The position numbers and the translations under genes are program-made. Below, in pieces: positions 10,567 to 20,117 of a DNA stretch of 64,000 nucleotides; positions within the stretch are counted from its first letter, which is position 1, and each line of letters starts with the position of its first letter. Under the pieces are notes generated by a model. The model searched no databases. It saw only the letters and a list, made by a program, of their open reading frames with translations, and had not been told where the DNA came from. This DNA comes from Carpediemonas membranifera BICM (lineage: Eukaryota > Protista > Fornicata): NCBI GenBank assembly GCA_019828565.1, contig JAHDYR010000005.1:781342-845341 (forward strand), given 5' to 3'.

Positions 10567-13041
10567 ATGGCGCCATGGCATCGTGGCGCTTTCACCGCTA
10601 TAATCACATTTTTGCTCTCTATACTCTCCATTATCTCATCTGTTACCTCTGCTGAGGTCCATACCGGCCTGAACGACTCCACCGTTGTCTTTTTCGGCGG
10701 AAACATCCGCGCGGAGCTTGGAACTGACTCTGCTATTGCGCCACCAGCTATTCCAGACTACCTCCCTCTCAAAAACCCAGTCGCCATCTCCCTCTCCAAG
10801 GAGCTGCACGCCTTCTCTATCCTCCTTGCCAACGACTCGACGATCTTCACGGCTGGGGACAACAACCTGTGCCAGCTCGGCCGGGAGACCGCGAACTACC
10901 AGTTCTTACCGATGCTGACCCCGACCGTCCCCGTGTACGCTGTCACCAAGGTGTACGCCGGCTCACAGCATGCCTTCCTACTCTCGGAGACTGGTGAGGC
11001 GTACGGCTGGGGCCGTGCCGACAGCGGCCAGCTAGCTATGGGTCCTGTCGGCGGTGTGGACCACGAGTGCATTCCCGTCGGCATCCCCCTCCTCGGAGCC
11101 GTGACGGACGTCGCCATTGGGGCAGCGAGGACGCTCTTTATCGTTGATAATGCTCTTGTCGGCGCTGGTTCTAATGCGTACAGCTCCCTTGGCCTGGGCG
11201 ATGACGTCGTCGAGGTGGTCTACCCCACATACATCCCCCTCCCGGACGGCGTGGTCCCCGCGAAGATCAGGACCAGCAACGCCATGGCCTCGGTCCTCAT
11301 CAGTGCGGACGGCGACCTCTACGTCACCGGCATGTTCAATGGGATAAGGTTCCACGGGTTCACCAAGGTTCCCACCCCGGAGCCCATGCGGGAGCTCGAG
11401 ATCTATGAGTCAATCCTCGCTGTCTCGGTCACAGGCAGACTGTACGGCATGGGCCCGAACAACGCCTATGAGCTCTTCCTCGGGGACAACATCCCCAGAC
11501 ACGCCCTGGCCTTCACGGGGCTGACCAACGTTTCGTCCGTCGGCATGGGAGCACACTACAGCTTCGCCGTCATAGCAGACGAGGCGGGCGACCTCCAGCT
11601 GTGGGGCGTTGGCCTGGCCATAAGCGACCGGTTGGGGTCCTTCCGCCCCTCGAACGACCCCGCCCTGCTCTACCAGCGCACGCCCCTCCGCGTGGACACA
11701 CCGGGCGGGCCCATCGGCCGCTACTACGAGTTCGCCACCGGCCAGACCTCGACTGCGCTGATCCACTCGCCCCAGCCCCTGCAGATCCCCGCGGGCCGGC
11801 AGAGCTGTGGTCCGGGGTTCTACGTCTACGTCAACCGGTGCGTCCGGGTCCCCCCAGGCTTCGTCCAGCCCAAGGACGGCAACATTCCGTGGGAGCAGGT
11901 CAAGTGGTGCGGCGTTGGCCTCTACCAGCCCTTCGTCGGGGCGACCCGCTGCCTCGAGGCGTCCCCGGATGACTGCGGGCCTGGTTCACTGTTCCTGCCC
12001 TTTGATGATAGACCACACGCCGCGGAGTGTCTCCAGCTGACGTTCTCAGATCTGGACTTTAGCTGCCCCATATCTTTTGGAGCCCCGTTTTATCTCAGTA
12101 GGTTTGAATCTGTCACGTTCAACCAAGGGCAGACGATCGTCGACTTTATAGATGGCGCAGCCATCATTGTGATGGTCTTGGACAGTCCGATCGCCCAGGC
12201 CGGGACGTACGAGCTCCAGTTCCACCGCAGATCCGACCCGGACCGGCACCAGCCGTTCCAGGTGGAGCTCGACACGGCGGTGTGGTTCAGTAACATCACC
12301 GTGTTCTCTATCAATGGGCCCAACGTCGAGGCATACGTCCCTGCCAAGATGTGCCCGAGGACGATGGTCGGCTTCTTCGGCAGCACGGTCACCATCTTCG
12401 ACAGCCTGACCACCGTGCCGTCAATGCCCTACGAGGTGGCCTGCCAATACGAGGCAGAGCCCATCACGGCGGCCCACGTCGCCCAGCTCGACCTGACGCT
12501 CACGGGCCTGCCCCCAACCCTTTCCCCGGCCGACAGCATGAGCACCCTCACCCTGTGCATCGAGTCGGGGCTGCTGGACTTCGAGCAGGGCCTGCACGTG
12601 TACCTCGAGTCGCCCTGGGCCGTACTCATCCAGTCGGGGGCCGCCCAGTACAAGGCCCCGGTCGACCTTGTTAACGGTGGCCTGTGCGCCAACATCACGC
12701 TGTTCTTTACGAACCTTGCCGGTGCAGACCCCACTGACTCGTCGGCCGTGGGCCCTAATCTCTTCGTGCTCGACGGGGACTCGGTCACCTTCACTGCGGT
12801 GTTCGACACGATCCCCTGCTACACTGTCACACTGTCTGTCGGGCCTACACACGACAGAGGCGCCGCATCTGCTGTGCTCGAGGCCATGGAGGGCGCGGCG
12901 GCTGTCGTGTTCGCCTTGTCGCCGCTGCTGGTCATCCAGGCCGTGCTGCTCGCTGGGCTGGCCGGGATGGGCGTCACGGTGTACGGCATCCGTATGCAGA
13001 AACTGAAGGAGCAGGCCAGAAGGAATCTGATCCTTATTTAG
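10567..13041 (+). CDS. Type I membrane protein: signal peptide, RCC1/BLIP-II repeats, Cys-rich segment, C-terminal TM
   Basis: MAPWHRGAFTAIITFLLSILSIISSVTSA leader; RCC1 motifs (AGDNNLCQLG, YGWGRADSGQLA, GAGSNAYSSLG); CGPGFY...C repeats; TM followed by a basic tail. Confidence 0.8.
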   Translation: MAPWHRGAFTAIITFLLSILSIISSVTSAEVHTGLNDSTVVFFGGNIRAELGTDSAIAPPAIPDYLPLKNPVAISLSKELHAFSILLANDSTIFTAGDNNLCQLGRETANYQFLPMLTPTVPVYAVTKVYAGSQHAFLLSETGEAYGWGRADSGQLAMGPVGGVDHECIPVGIPLLGAVTDVAIGAARTLFIVDNALVGAGSNAYSSLGLGDDVVEVVYPTYIPLPDGVVPAKIRTSNAMASVLISADGDLYVTGMFNGIRFHGFTKVPTPEPMRELEIYESILAVSVTGRLYGMGPNNAYELFLGDNIPRHALAFTGLTNVSSVGMGAHYSFAVIADEAGDLQLWGVGLAISDRLGSFRPSNDPALLYQRTPLRVDTPGGPIGRYYEFATGQTSTALIHSPQPLQIPAGRQSCGPGFYVYVNRCVRVPPGFVQPKDGNIPWEQVKWCGVGLYQPFVGATRCLEASPDDCGPGSLFLPFDDRPHAAECLQLTFSDLDFSCPISFGAPFYLSRFESVTFNQGQTIVDFIDGAAIIVMVLDSPIAQAGTYELQFHRRSDPDRHQPFQVELDTAVWFSNITVFSINGPNVEAYVPAKMCPRTMVGFFGSTVTIFDSLTTVPSMPYEVACQYEAEPITAAHVAQLDLTLTGLPPTLSPADSMSTLTLCIESGLLDFEQGLHVYLESPWAVLIQSGAAQYKAPVDLVNGGLCANITLFFTNLAGADPTDSSAVGPNLFVLDGDSVTFTAVFDTIPCYTVTLSVGPTHDRGAASAVLEAMEGAAAVVFALSPLLVIQAVLLAGLAGMGVTVYGIRMQKLKEQARRNLILI

Positions 13042-13186
13042 TGAATTTAGACCCGTAAAATTGCCGGGAGAGTTTTGTGCCTCAGGCATGCGACCATCAT
13101 GGTTCAGCCCTGGTGTTGGACGGGATCCCATGCCGCTGCCCCGGTGCGGCTGGTCGTTGCCCGGGTCGGGCAGTCTAGCCTGACAC

Positions 13187-13957
13187 ATGGCCAATCACCG
13201 CCCGATGGTTAAGGAGCAGCGTCCTGCTCTCAGAACGCCCGATAAGTATCTTTTGAACCTCAATGGCGCAGTTCCCCTTCTCATCGTCGCCATCTCCGTT
13301 TTCATGAGCCTCTGCGGCACCATCGTCAACTACCTGCTCTCCCCTGTCGCTAGGAACTACCTTCCCACCATATCCGAGGCTGCGCTTCAGAGCAAGCCCG
13401 TCTATGGCGTTACCATGTGTGTCGCTGGTCTCACGCTCCCCCTCGGCGCGTTCATCATCACTCGCCGTATTGCCCCGCGCCATCCCGCCGCCACCGTGCC
13501 CGTCCTCGCTCTCGCCCTGGTCGCCAGTGCCGGTGTGATGTACCAGGGCATCATTCCCCTTGACATGACGCTGTCGATGGACACGCACCGGGCTGCGGCT
13601 GGCGTGTTCTTCGCCGCGGCGTTCGTCCTTTGCTGCTTCCTCGTTGTTCTCGAGTTCACATGCCGCCGTGTGACGCTTGCTGCAGTCGCCCGTGTCCTCC
13701 TCATCGCCACTATCGTCGGCACCGGTGTCGCCGTGCCCCTGGTCGTCGGTGACGCCCTCAACAACGTCAACTTCTCTCGGGTTGAAGAGATGAACGAGAC
13801 CGAGCTGCCGGCCAACGCCCTGACCAAGGCAGCTATTGTTCAGTGGACGCTTGTGTCGACACTCATCGCGTTCGCGGCATCGTACCTCCCCGACGCCAGG
13901 AAGATGAGGCTGTCGGTGGTTGCAGCCGGGACCCGGGTTGGAGAGAAGGACGAGTAG
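13187..13957 (+). CDS. Frag1/DRAM/Sfk1 (TMEM150-like) family membrane protein
   Basis: ~6 TM segments; YLPTISEAA...PVYG after TM1, a His before TM4 and a terminal QW-containing helix fit the family pattern. Confidence 0.7.
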   Translation: MANHRPMVKEQRPALRTPDKYLLNLNGAVPLLIVAISVFMSLCGTIVNYLLSPVARNYLPTISEAALQSKPVYGVTMCVAGLTLPLGAFIITRRIAPRHPAATVPVLALALVASAGVMYQGIIPLDMTLSMDTHRAAAGVFFAAAFVLCCFLVVLEFTCRRVTLAAVARVLLIATIVGTGVAVPLVVGDALNNVNFSRVEEMNETELPANALTKAAIVQWTLVSTLIAFAASYLPDARKMRLSVVAAGTRVGEKDE

Positions 13958-14903
13958 TTTAAACGATTTGCACATGGCTGTTCGAGTTGGGTCGACGGTC
14001 GCAGTCAAGCCAAGCGTTGGTGTGACGAAGTGTATCCTCAAAAGATCAACACGCCCGACCCCCATTTGTCAATGGGAGGCTTGCCCCACCTCGGGCTCAG
14101 TGGTGTTGTCATTATCTGTCTGATTGCTCGGAAAGTGACACAAGTCCGGGCCTGCTCAAGGCAGAAATCACATGTATAGGGTAAAGGCATTGCCAAGTAT
14201 TGGGTCGACAGCAACGGATTTGTAGTTGTCATCTGGTTGTGTTTGCCTCGCATATCAATCACTTCAGCTCGGGGTGAGGGGTTTCCTGTTCAAAGATCGA
14301 ACTGAAACACTCGATCAAACAGCTCTAAGTGATTCAGGCCCAACGGTTGACTCAATCTCGATTATTCGCTCAGTCAACCACTATCTCACATTGATTGCAG
14401 GGGGTGCCCATGCCAATCATCCGAAGACTACTATTGCTTGCCGGGCGTGTGTCAGAAGTACGATCGTTGGGCCGACTCGGAGCCTCCAGGTGCAGCTTTA
14501 AGACTTCACCAAGGCCCACCTCTGATCACACAACAAGAGTGACAGTCTCAGTCGCGTTCAGGAAGTTTATGTCTGAGGAGCTGGGGCGACGGTGTCGGGA
14601 ATGGCTATCCACTGGGTGTATTTCATTCTTCTGCTCACCTGCTAGGCGATCCGAGCCTCGTCATCTCAACTCGACCGGCCGATGCGATCGTGAACATGTG
14701 GTTGGCGTCCATGACAGCGATCGAGTCCCCTCCAAACACAAGAGCAGGCCTGCGTCGTAAAGCTGGCTATAAGTAATGGTCACATTGTAGCCCTATGTGT
14801 TGCGAACCCCAGGTGCTCCGTAGTCGTTTTCGTCGCGTCTCGTTGCGAGCTGCCAATGCGAACTCCGTGACGAAGAAACGACGACATCAATAGAAGCAAG
14901 CAA

Positions 14904-15029
14904 ATGGGAACGCAGGTGAACATTTCTCACGGAGAACCAGTGTATGAGGACACAGCACGCAATAGGAAGCTGGGCCGCGTCGGACAGCCCCGTCGGAACT
15001 CTTACCACAGGCACGCGGATGTGAAGTAA
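14904..15029 (+). CDS. Putative 41-aa micro-ORF (MGTQVNISHG...)
   Basis: A-rich leader before the ATG, MG start, AGTAAA overlapping the stop, inside an otherwise unexplained 1.2-kb gap. Confidence 0.3.
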   Translation: MGTQVNISHGEPVYEDTARNRKLGRVGQPRRNSYHRHADVK

Positions 15030-15185
15030 AGAAACGCGTTTGTAATGAGGTAGTTTGGGAAGATTGGAGCTCTATTGGCCACGCATCCCAGGATTTCAGC
15101 ACTGGGCCTTCATTTGCTGTGTGCAGATTATGTGCCAGCTCTACCGCCCATTTTATAGCATGCTAGTCTATATATACACGCTTCC

Positions 15186-18100
15186 TCAGGACAGAAGGAC
15201 CTCAACCCGCCCGATGACCGACCGGATCTGCTCCACAGCCACGTTGCATTGCCGGGCGATCGTCGCCAGCTCACTCCTCGGCAGGCACAGCAGCCGAGCT
15301 ACAAGGTCCCCGTCGATCGCGTGCTTCCCGGGCGAGTACACGTTCGTCGGCAGCTCGGCGAGCCCGTACTTCCTCCTCGAGGCGTAGAGCCGCGCCGCAG
15401 TCGACAACTGGGACAGAATGGCGTACTGGGAGGCCGGCACAGTTGTCACGAGACCCATGGCCCCCGTCGAGGTCGCAGTCAGACACACGTCCGCCGGGGC
15501 CCGTGCCAGCGCCCCGTCCAGTAGCCTGGGCCTGGGACAGAAGACGCCCCGCAGCAGACGTGTGACGTGCACCCTGAAGGGCATCTCGTTTGTCACCACC
15601 AGCCGCTCCGTGGCCCTGGCCTGGGCCCGGGGGCTGATGCCGCCGTCTGATTCAGAATCCGAGTCGCACAGGTCGCGGGGCGGGGACTTGGCCGGGAGCA
15701 GCGTCGTGCGGCCCTCCCGCTGCATGGCGAGGAGCCTGCTGTCGTCTGTCACGCAGAGGACAGTGTCGTCTGTCACCGCCACGGCGTCGAACACGGGCCG
15801 GGCCGGGCCCTGCTCGTCCACGGCGAGGATGGTGCCGTCATGGCTGATTATCGACACAGCGCCGGCCCACTCCACGGCCAGCACGCCGCCTGCGATGGGG
15901 GAGAGCTGCACCACGGTCGAGCCGAGGAATGACTTCACAGTCCCGATCGGCTTGGCCACCACCAGGGTCTCGGCGGGCGGAGGGGCGATGGGCTGGGGCT
16001 CGGTGTGGGTCAGGCCCGGGTACGGCTCCTGCAGGGGCAGCAGGTCGAAGGACCCGATATCTGGCAGCTCCGTCGTGCGCTTCAGGGCGACGGGGGCACG
16101 GCGGAGGAGTAGGTCGGTGGTGACTGTCTCGAGTCGGAGTGTCTGGACGAGGGTGTTCTCGGCAATGGCGATAAAGTCGTCGTTGACGGTGATTGCGGTC
16201 GGTGTATCTATTAAGGGTATCTGGGTGATCTCGGCGATCTTCATTTCGTTGCTCTCGTCCACCTCGAGCTGATAAACGACCACACGCGGCATGGTAGCCT
16301 TGCCGTGGACCATGGTCACCTGCCCCAGTAGGATCAGCGGCCTGCCGCTTGACTCGAACGGCTTGATCGCCGTCACCCGTGTGTCTTCGGGCAGCGGGCA
16401 GACCAGCACAGGGTCGAGCGTTTCCCCGTCGACCACGTGGATCACGGGACCGTCGGCCACGATGACAGCGACGCGGTGGAAGTGGCTGTATGCGATGAGC
16501 CTGGGGGCGGTGGGCAGGTGTCGACTTGTCCACGAGATGCCGAGACAGAGTCGGGCCTGTGTGAGCTTCATCGAGCAGACACCCCTGGCTGGGTCATCGA
16601 CGACTGTCAGCAGGGGCGCGAGGGTCAGGAACTGCGGCACAGACGGGCTCGTCAGCTCGGACCCCGTCATAAACATCGAGCAGGGGTCAAACGACGACGC
16701 CAGCGAGGTGATTCGGCGCTTGTGCACGAGCGAGGGGGTCATGAGAGTCGGCGGGGGCGGGGTCAGCAGCGGGGCCGCGGAGACGACGTTGCCCAGCGGC
16801 ACGAGGGGCACGACACGCACTCGGCGGTCGGACACGAAGACCACAGCGGACCGGGTCGACGTGGCGATGAAGGAGGTGCTGTTGGTGCCGCTCGCAGGGT
16901 GCAGACGGACGTCGGTGTCGCCGACTTGGTGCAGAGTCGGATCGGTGGGACCCCGCGGGGAGATGAACGACGAGAGCAGCTTGCCGTCAGACAGACCGGC
17001 GAGGAGCAGGCTGGTGTTGGTGCCAGTGGACACGAGCTGGGCGCTTCTCGGGACCGCGGGGACGTCGGCGATCTCCCAGAGCCTGTTCCCGAGCTGACCG
17101 GTGAGGCTGTAGCACGCGATAGAGTTGCTGACCCAGCGACCGACGACGAGGCCCGCGTCTGTGATCTTGAGCACAGAAGGCTCCGCCCCGACATCGATCG
17201 AGGCGACCTGAACGAGGGCGTCCGACGCGTGGATGTTGATGGCGTAGACCCCCACCCTCGTCCCGGCCCCCACGCACAGCAGCCACTTGCCCCCACATGG
17301 GCCCACGGCGGCGGTGCCGAAGGGGGCGTCGGGGCATGGGACAGACGCCCGGCACGCGGCATGGCCCAGGGCGCCGGGACCGAGAATCAGACGGGCCTCT
17401 GCGGCGGTGACCTGGACAACGAGCTCGTCGGAGTCGTCGGGGCAGGCCTGGGCGACCAGGAGGGAGCGGTCGGGCAGCAGATGGGCGCCTAAAGCTGCGG
17501 AGTTGTGGAAGGCGAGGGCGCCGCTGTCAGTGCCCATTTCCACGGAGAAAAGACGCGTGCGGTTGTGCGTGACGAATGAGAGCGCGGCAAACAGCTGCGG
17601 CGTCTCTTTTCCCAGTGTGAACGTGAAGAGGTCCGGGTAGCCCTCGATGTCGGGCCCAGCAGCGAGTAAATCATCGCAGAGGAAGCCCAGTGCACCAGAG
17701 GACACCCTGCTATCCGGTCCCTCGCCCGTCACGGCCAGGACGACGTCGTGGTCGCGGTCCGACGGGTCGACGCACACCGCGTCCGTCAGGGACCCGGGGT
17801 TTTCGCAGAAGACGTGGTCGTGCACCACCGCCTCGAGGTCGTCCGTCGCATCAGACGCGTCCAGTCTCATCAGCATGGCGGGGCCGGTGGTCGACCCGGC
17901 GTACAGCCACGACGCCCGAGACGTGTGGTAGGCCGACATCGCAGTAACCCGGGGCAGGGTGGCCATCGTCCGCAGTCGTCTCGCCGTGAACTGCCGATCG
18001 ATGCTGACCGCCGGCTGGGTGGCCGTGTGGGCCTCGGCATACCTCAGACGGACCAGCCCGGCCGTCGAGGCCAGGATGACGCTGGAGACGGCGGGGCAGA

Positions 18101-19007
18101 TCGTGTAGGATAGGAATGGGCCCAGGACGGGCAGGGCGAGAGATGAGGTCTGGCCGTCAAACGCGGAGAGGCGCAGCTCGGTCGGGCCTGCCACAGCGAC
18201 GCCGAAGACCGCGTTGGGGAGCGGGATCAGGAGGGTACTATCCGGACTGAGCCCCCGGACACTGTACGGCCCCTGCTCGAGTCTTATCGTACCGTTGTCA
18301 CCGCGCCTGACTTCACACAGGGTCAGCACGGACGATTCGAGGCCCCTCGCCAGGACGGCCAGCACGGGCGGCCCGGTGAACGGTACCGGGGCGGGGTAGA
18401 GGAAGTCCATGCCGACCACGGTGCCTCTGGCCTTGGCTGGCGTCTGGCCGCCGAGTGGCGTTGGGAGTGGCTGGGCGGTGTGCTCGACAGCCACGGCGAG
18501 GTGGGGAGTGTCGAGCCGACCCGCCACGGTAACGTCGAGGAGATGCGCGGTGTACACTTCCTCTGCCCCCCCGGGGAGCATGGCGGCGATGATGCGGGAC
18601 TGCCCGTCAGACACGGCGGTGAGGTGAACTCTGTCGTGGGGGCCGGCGGCGTAAGGGAGTGGCGCATGGTGCACGTCGTCCATGAGAACACCCTCGGTGC
18701 TGCCTACAAACTCAACGAGACACCAGTGGCCAGCGGTGGCGAAGCATAGGAGGTCGGGACGGTCGCCGAAGCCAGGAACAGTGCACGCGGCCTCAATCGT
18801 TGCGTAAGATGTGAATGTGTTGATCAGATGAAGCTGCTTGTCGTCGACGCACTTGCTTGGATCGGCCCAGAGCTCGACTGAGTTGTGTTTCACGATTAGC
18901 AGAAGCTCAAGGCCGCTGATGAAGTTGCCGGTGAGGGAACAGACGACGCCAGCGCTTTCTACGATTGTTCGACAGTAATACTTCGAATCCGGCGCGTTTG
19001 GCTCCAT
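15186..19007 (-). CDS. DDB1/CPSF160/SF3B3-family triple beta-propeller protein, most DDB1-like
   Basis: N-terminal YYCRTIVESAGVVCSLTGNF..LELLLIVKHNSVEL; ENPGSLTD; C-terminal AIDGDLVARLL. Confidence 0.75.
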   Translation of the reverse strand: MEPNAPDSKYYCRTIVESAGVVCSLTGNFISGLELLLIVKHNSVELWADPSKCVDDKQLHLINTFTSYATIEAACTVPGFGDRPDLLCFATAGHWCLVEFVGSTEGVLMDDVHHAPLPYAAGPHDRVHLTAVSDGQSRIIAAMLPGGAEEVYTAHLLDVTVAGRLDTPHLAVAVEHTAQPLPTPLGGQTPAKARGTVVGMDFLYPAPVPFTGPPVLAVLARGLESSVLTLCEVRRGDNGTIRLEQGPYSVRGLSPDSTLLIPLPNAVFGVAVAGPTELRLSAFDGQTSSLALPVLGPFLSYTICPAVSSVILASTAGLVRLRYAEAHTATQPAVSIDRQFTARRLRTMATLPRVTAMSAYHTSRASWLYAGSTTGPAMLMRLDASDATDDLEAVVHDHVFCENPGSLTDAVCVDPSDRDHDVVLAVTGEGPDSRVSSGALGFLCDDLLAAGPDIEGYPDLFTFTLGKETPQLFAALSFVTHNRTRLFSVEMGTDSGALAFHNSAALGAHLLPDRSLLVAQACPDDSDELVVQVTAAEARLILGPGALGHAACRASVPCPDAPFGTAAVGPCGGKWLLCVGAGTRVGVYAINIHASDALVQVASIDVGAEPSVLKITDAGLVVGRWVSNSIACYSLTGQLGNRLWEIADVPAVPRSAQLVSTGTNTSLLLAGLSDGKLLSSFISPRGPTDPTLHQVGDTDVRLHPASGTNSTSFIATSTRSAVVFVSDRRVRVVPLVPLGNVVSAAPLLTPPPPTLMTPSLVHKRRITSLASSFDPCSMFMTGSELTSPSVPQFLTLAPLLTVVDDPARGVCSMKLTQARLCLGISWTSRHLPTAPRLIAYSHFHRVAVIVADGPVIHVVDGETLDPVLVCPLPEDTRVTAIKPFESSGRPLILLGQVTMVHGKATMPRVVVYQLEVDESNEMKIAEITQIPLIDTPTAITVNDDFIAIAENTLVQTLRLETVTTDLLLRRAPVALKRTTELPDIGSFDLLPLQEPYPGLTHTEPQPIAPPPAETLVVAKPIGTVKSFLGSTVVQLSPIAGGVLAVEWAGAVSIISHDGTILAVDEQGPARPVFDAVAVTDDTVLCVTDDSRLLAMQREGRTTLLPAKSPPRDLCDSDSESDGGISPRAQARATERLVVTNEMPFRVHVTRLLRGVFCPRPRLLDGALARAPADVCLTATSTGAMGLVTTVPASQYAILSQLSTAARLYASRRKYGLAELPTNVYSPGKHAIDGDLVARLLCLPRSELATIARQCNVAVEQIRSVIGRVEVLLS

Positions 19008-19303
19008 CTGCTCGTCAATGGATTGTCTATGTGATTGCGCTTGAGCTCGATTGCGATTTTCGGGTTGACCAGGCTCGCAGATGCCGTGTGAATGGGCCCG
19101 ATTATGCATGGTTGGGATGGCTGACCCATCAATATCGGAAGTTCAGGTCAAATCCATCAATGCTTGTGAAAATGAGCTTAGAGAAGAGCTGAAGAAGAAT
19201 GGGCATGACCGGACAGGTTAGGCTGAGGTGGGCGTCCACTATAGCAGCTCAACGGGCTTTCAAATATGCGAGCAGATTATGCGCTAATCATTGAAACGAC
19301 CTG

Positions 19304-19573
19304 ATGGTTACCGAGGTTCAGGCACCCACAGAGGCAATTCAAGAGATTCTTAAGGCACAGCACAAGCGTGTATTGTCATTTACAGACTCCGTTTCTCGCG
19401 AGAACCTTGAGAAGGCCGAAGAAATCGAAATGAAGAAGAAGAGCACGAAGAAGAACCTTGTTGCGGCAGCCGATGGTAGCAAAATCGCCGCCAAGGCCAA
19501 AGAAACTTACGCCAAGAGACTGAAGAAGCAGCACCGCTCCAAGAAGGCCCCGAAGAAGGCGACCATGACCTGA
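19304..19573 (+). CDS. Small lysine-rich protein, unknown function
   Basis: 89-aa ATG ORF with coding-like codon usage, filling the gap between DDB1-like and TmcB-like genes. Confidence 0.6.
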   Translation: MVTEVQAPTEAIQEILKAQHKRVLSFTDSVSRENLEKAEEIEMKKKSTKKNLVAAADGSKIAAKAKETYAKRLKKQHRSKKAPKKATMT

Positions 19574-20117
19574 GGCCCCCAGAGCCGGCCCGGCCACAGA
19601 AGCACCGAACCATCCTAAATTTATCGCGGTTCTCTGTCTCTTGAGTGGCCTCATCGGGAATGACTCCGGTCCCCCGGTTTCCGATGACGGAGAGGTGCCG
19701 GGAGATATCATCACATGAATGGGGCTCATCGTGGGCCAGATGCGGAACGAAAGCCATGCACTAGGTCAATCTTGCAGCCTCATATAGATTTGGTTTTCGA
19801 TACCCGATTCGGGCCAGACCAAAATTGACCGACTGGCGGAAAATTGTTTCCCGCACGCCAGACGACTCTGTGGCTTTTTCCATCCAGTAGTGGCCTTCTT
19901 AAACTGGTCAGGGACCGGTGCCGTTGGCTGTCAGGACCGCAACTTGTCACCCGAAAAGTTAGGGCCCTCTCTACCGGTCAAAAACGGGCCATCATTATCG
20001 AGCATGGTTCGTATCGCACCACAATGCGGCCAAATTAGACACTAAGGTCGCCGATTACGTCAGATTTTTTAAGACGATTTTTCTACATCTGCACTTTCGA
20101 GATCTAGTCGCATTTCA

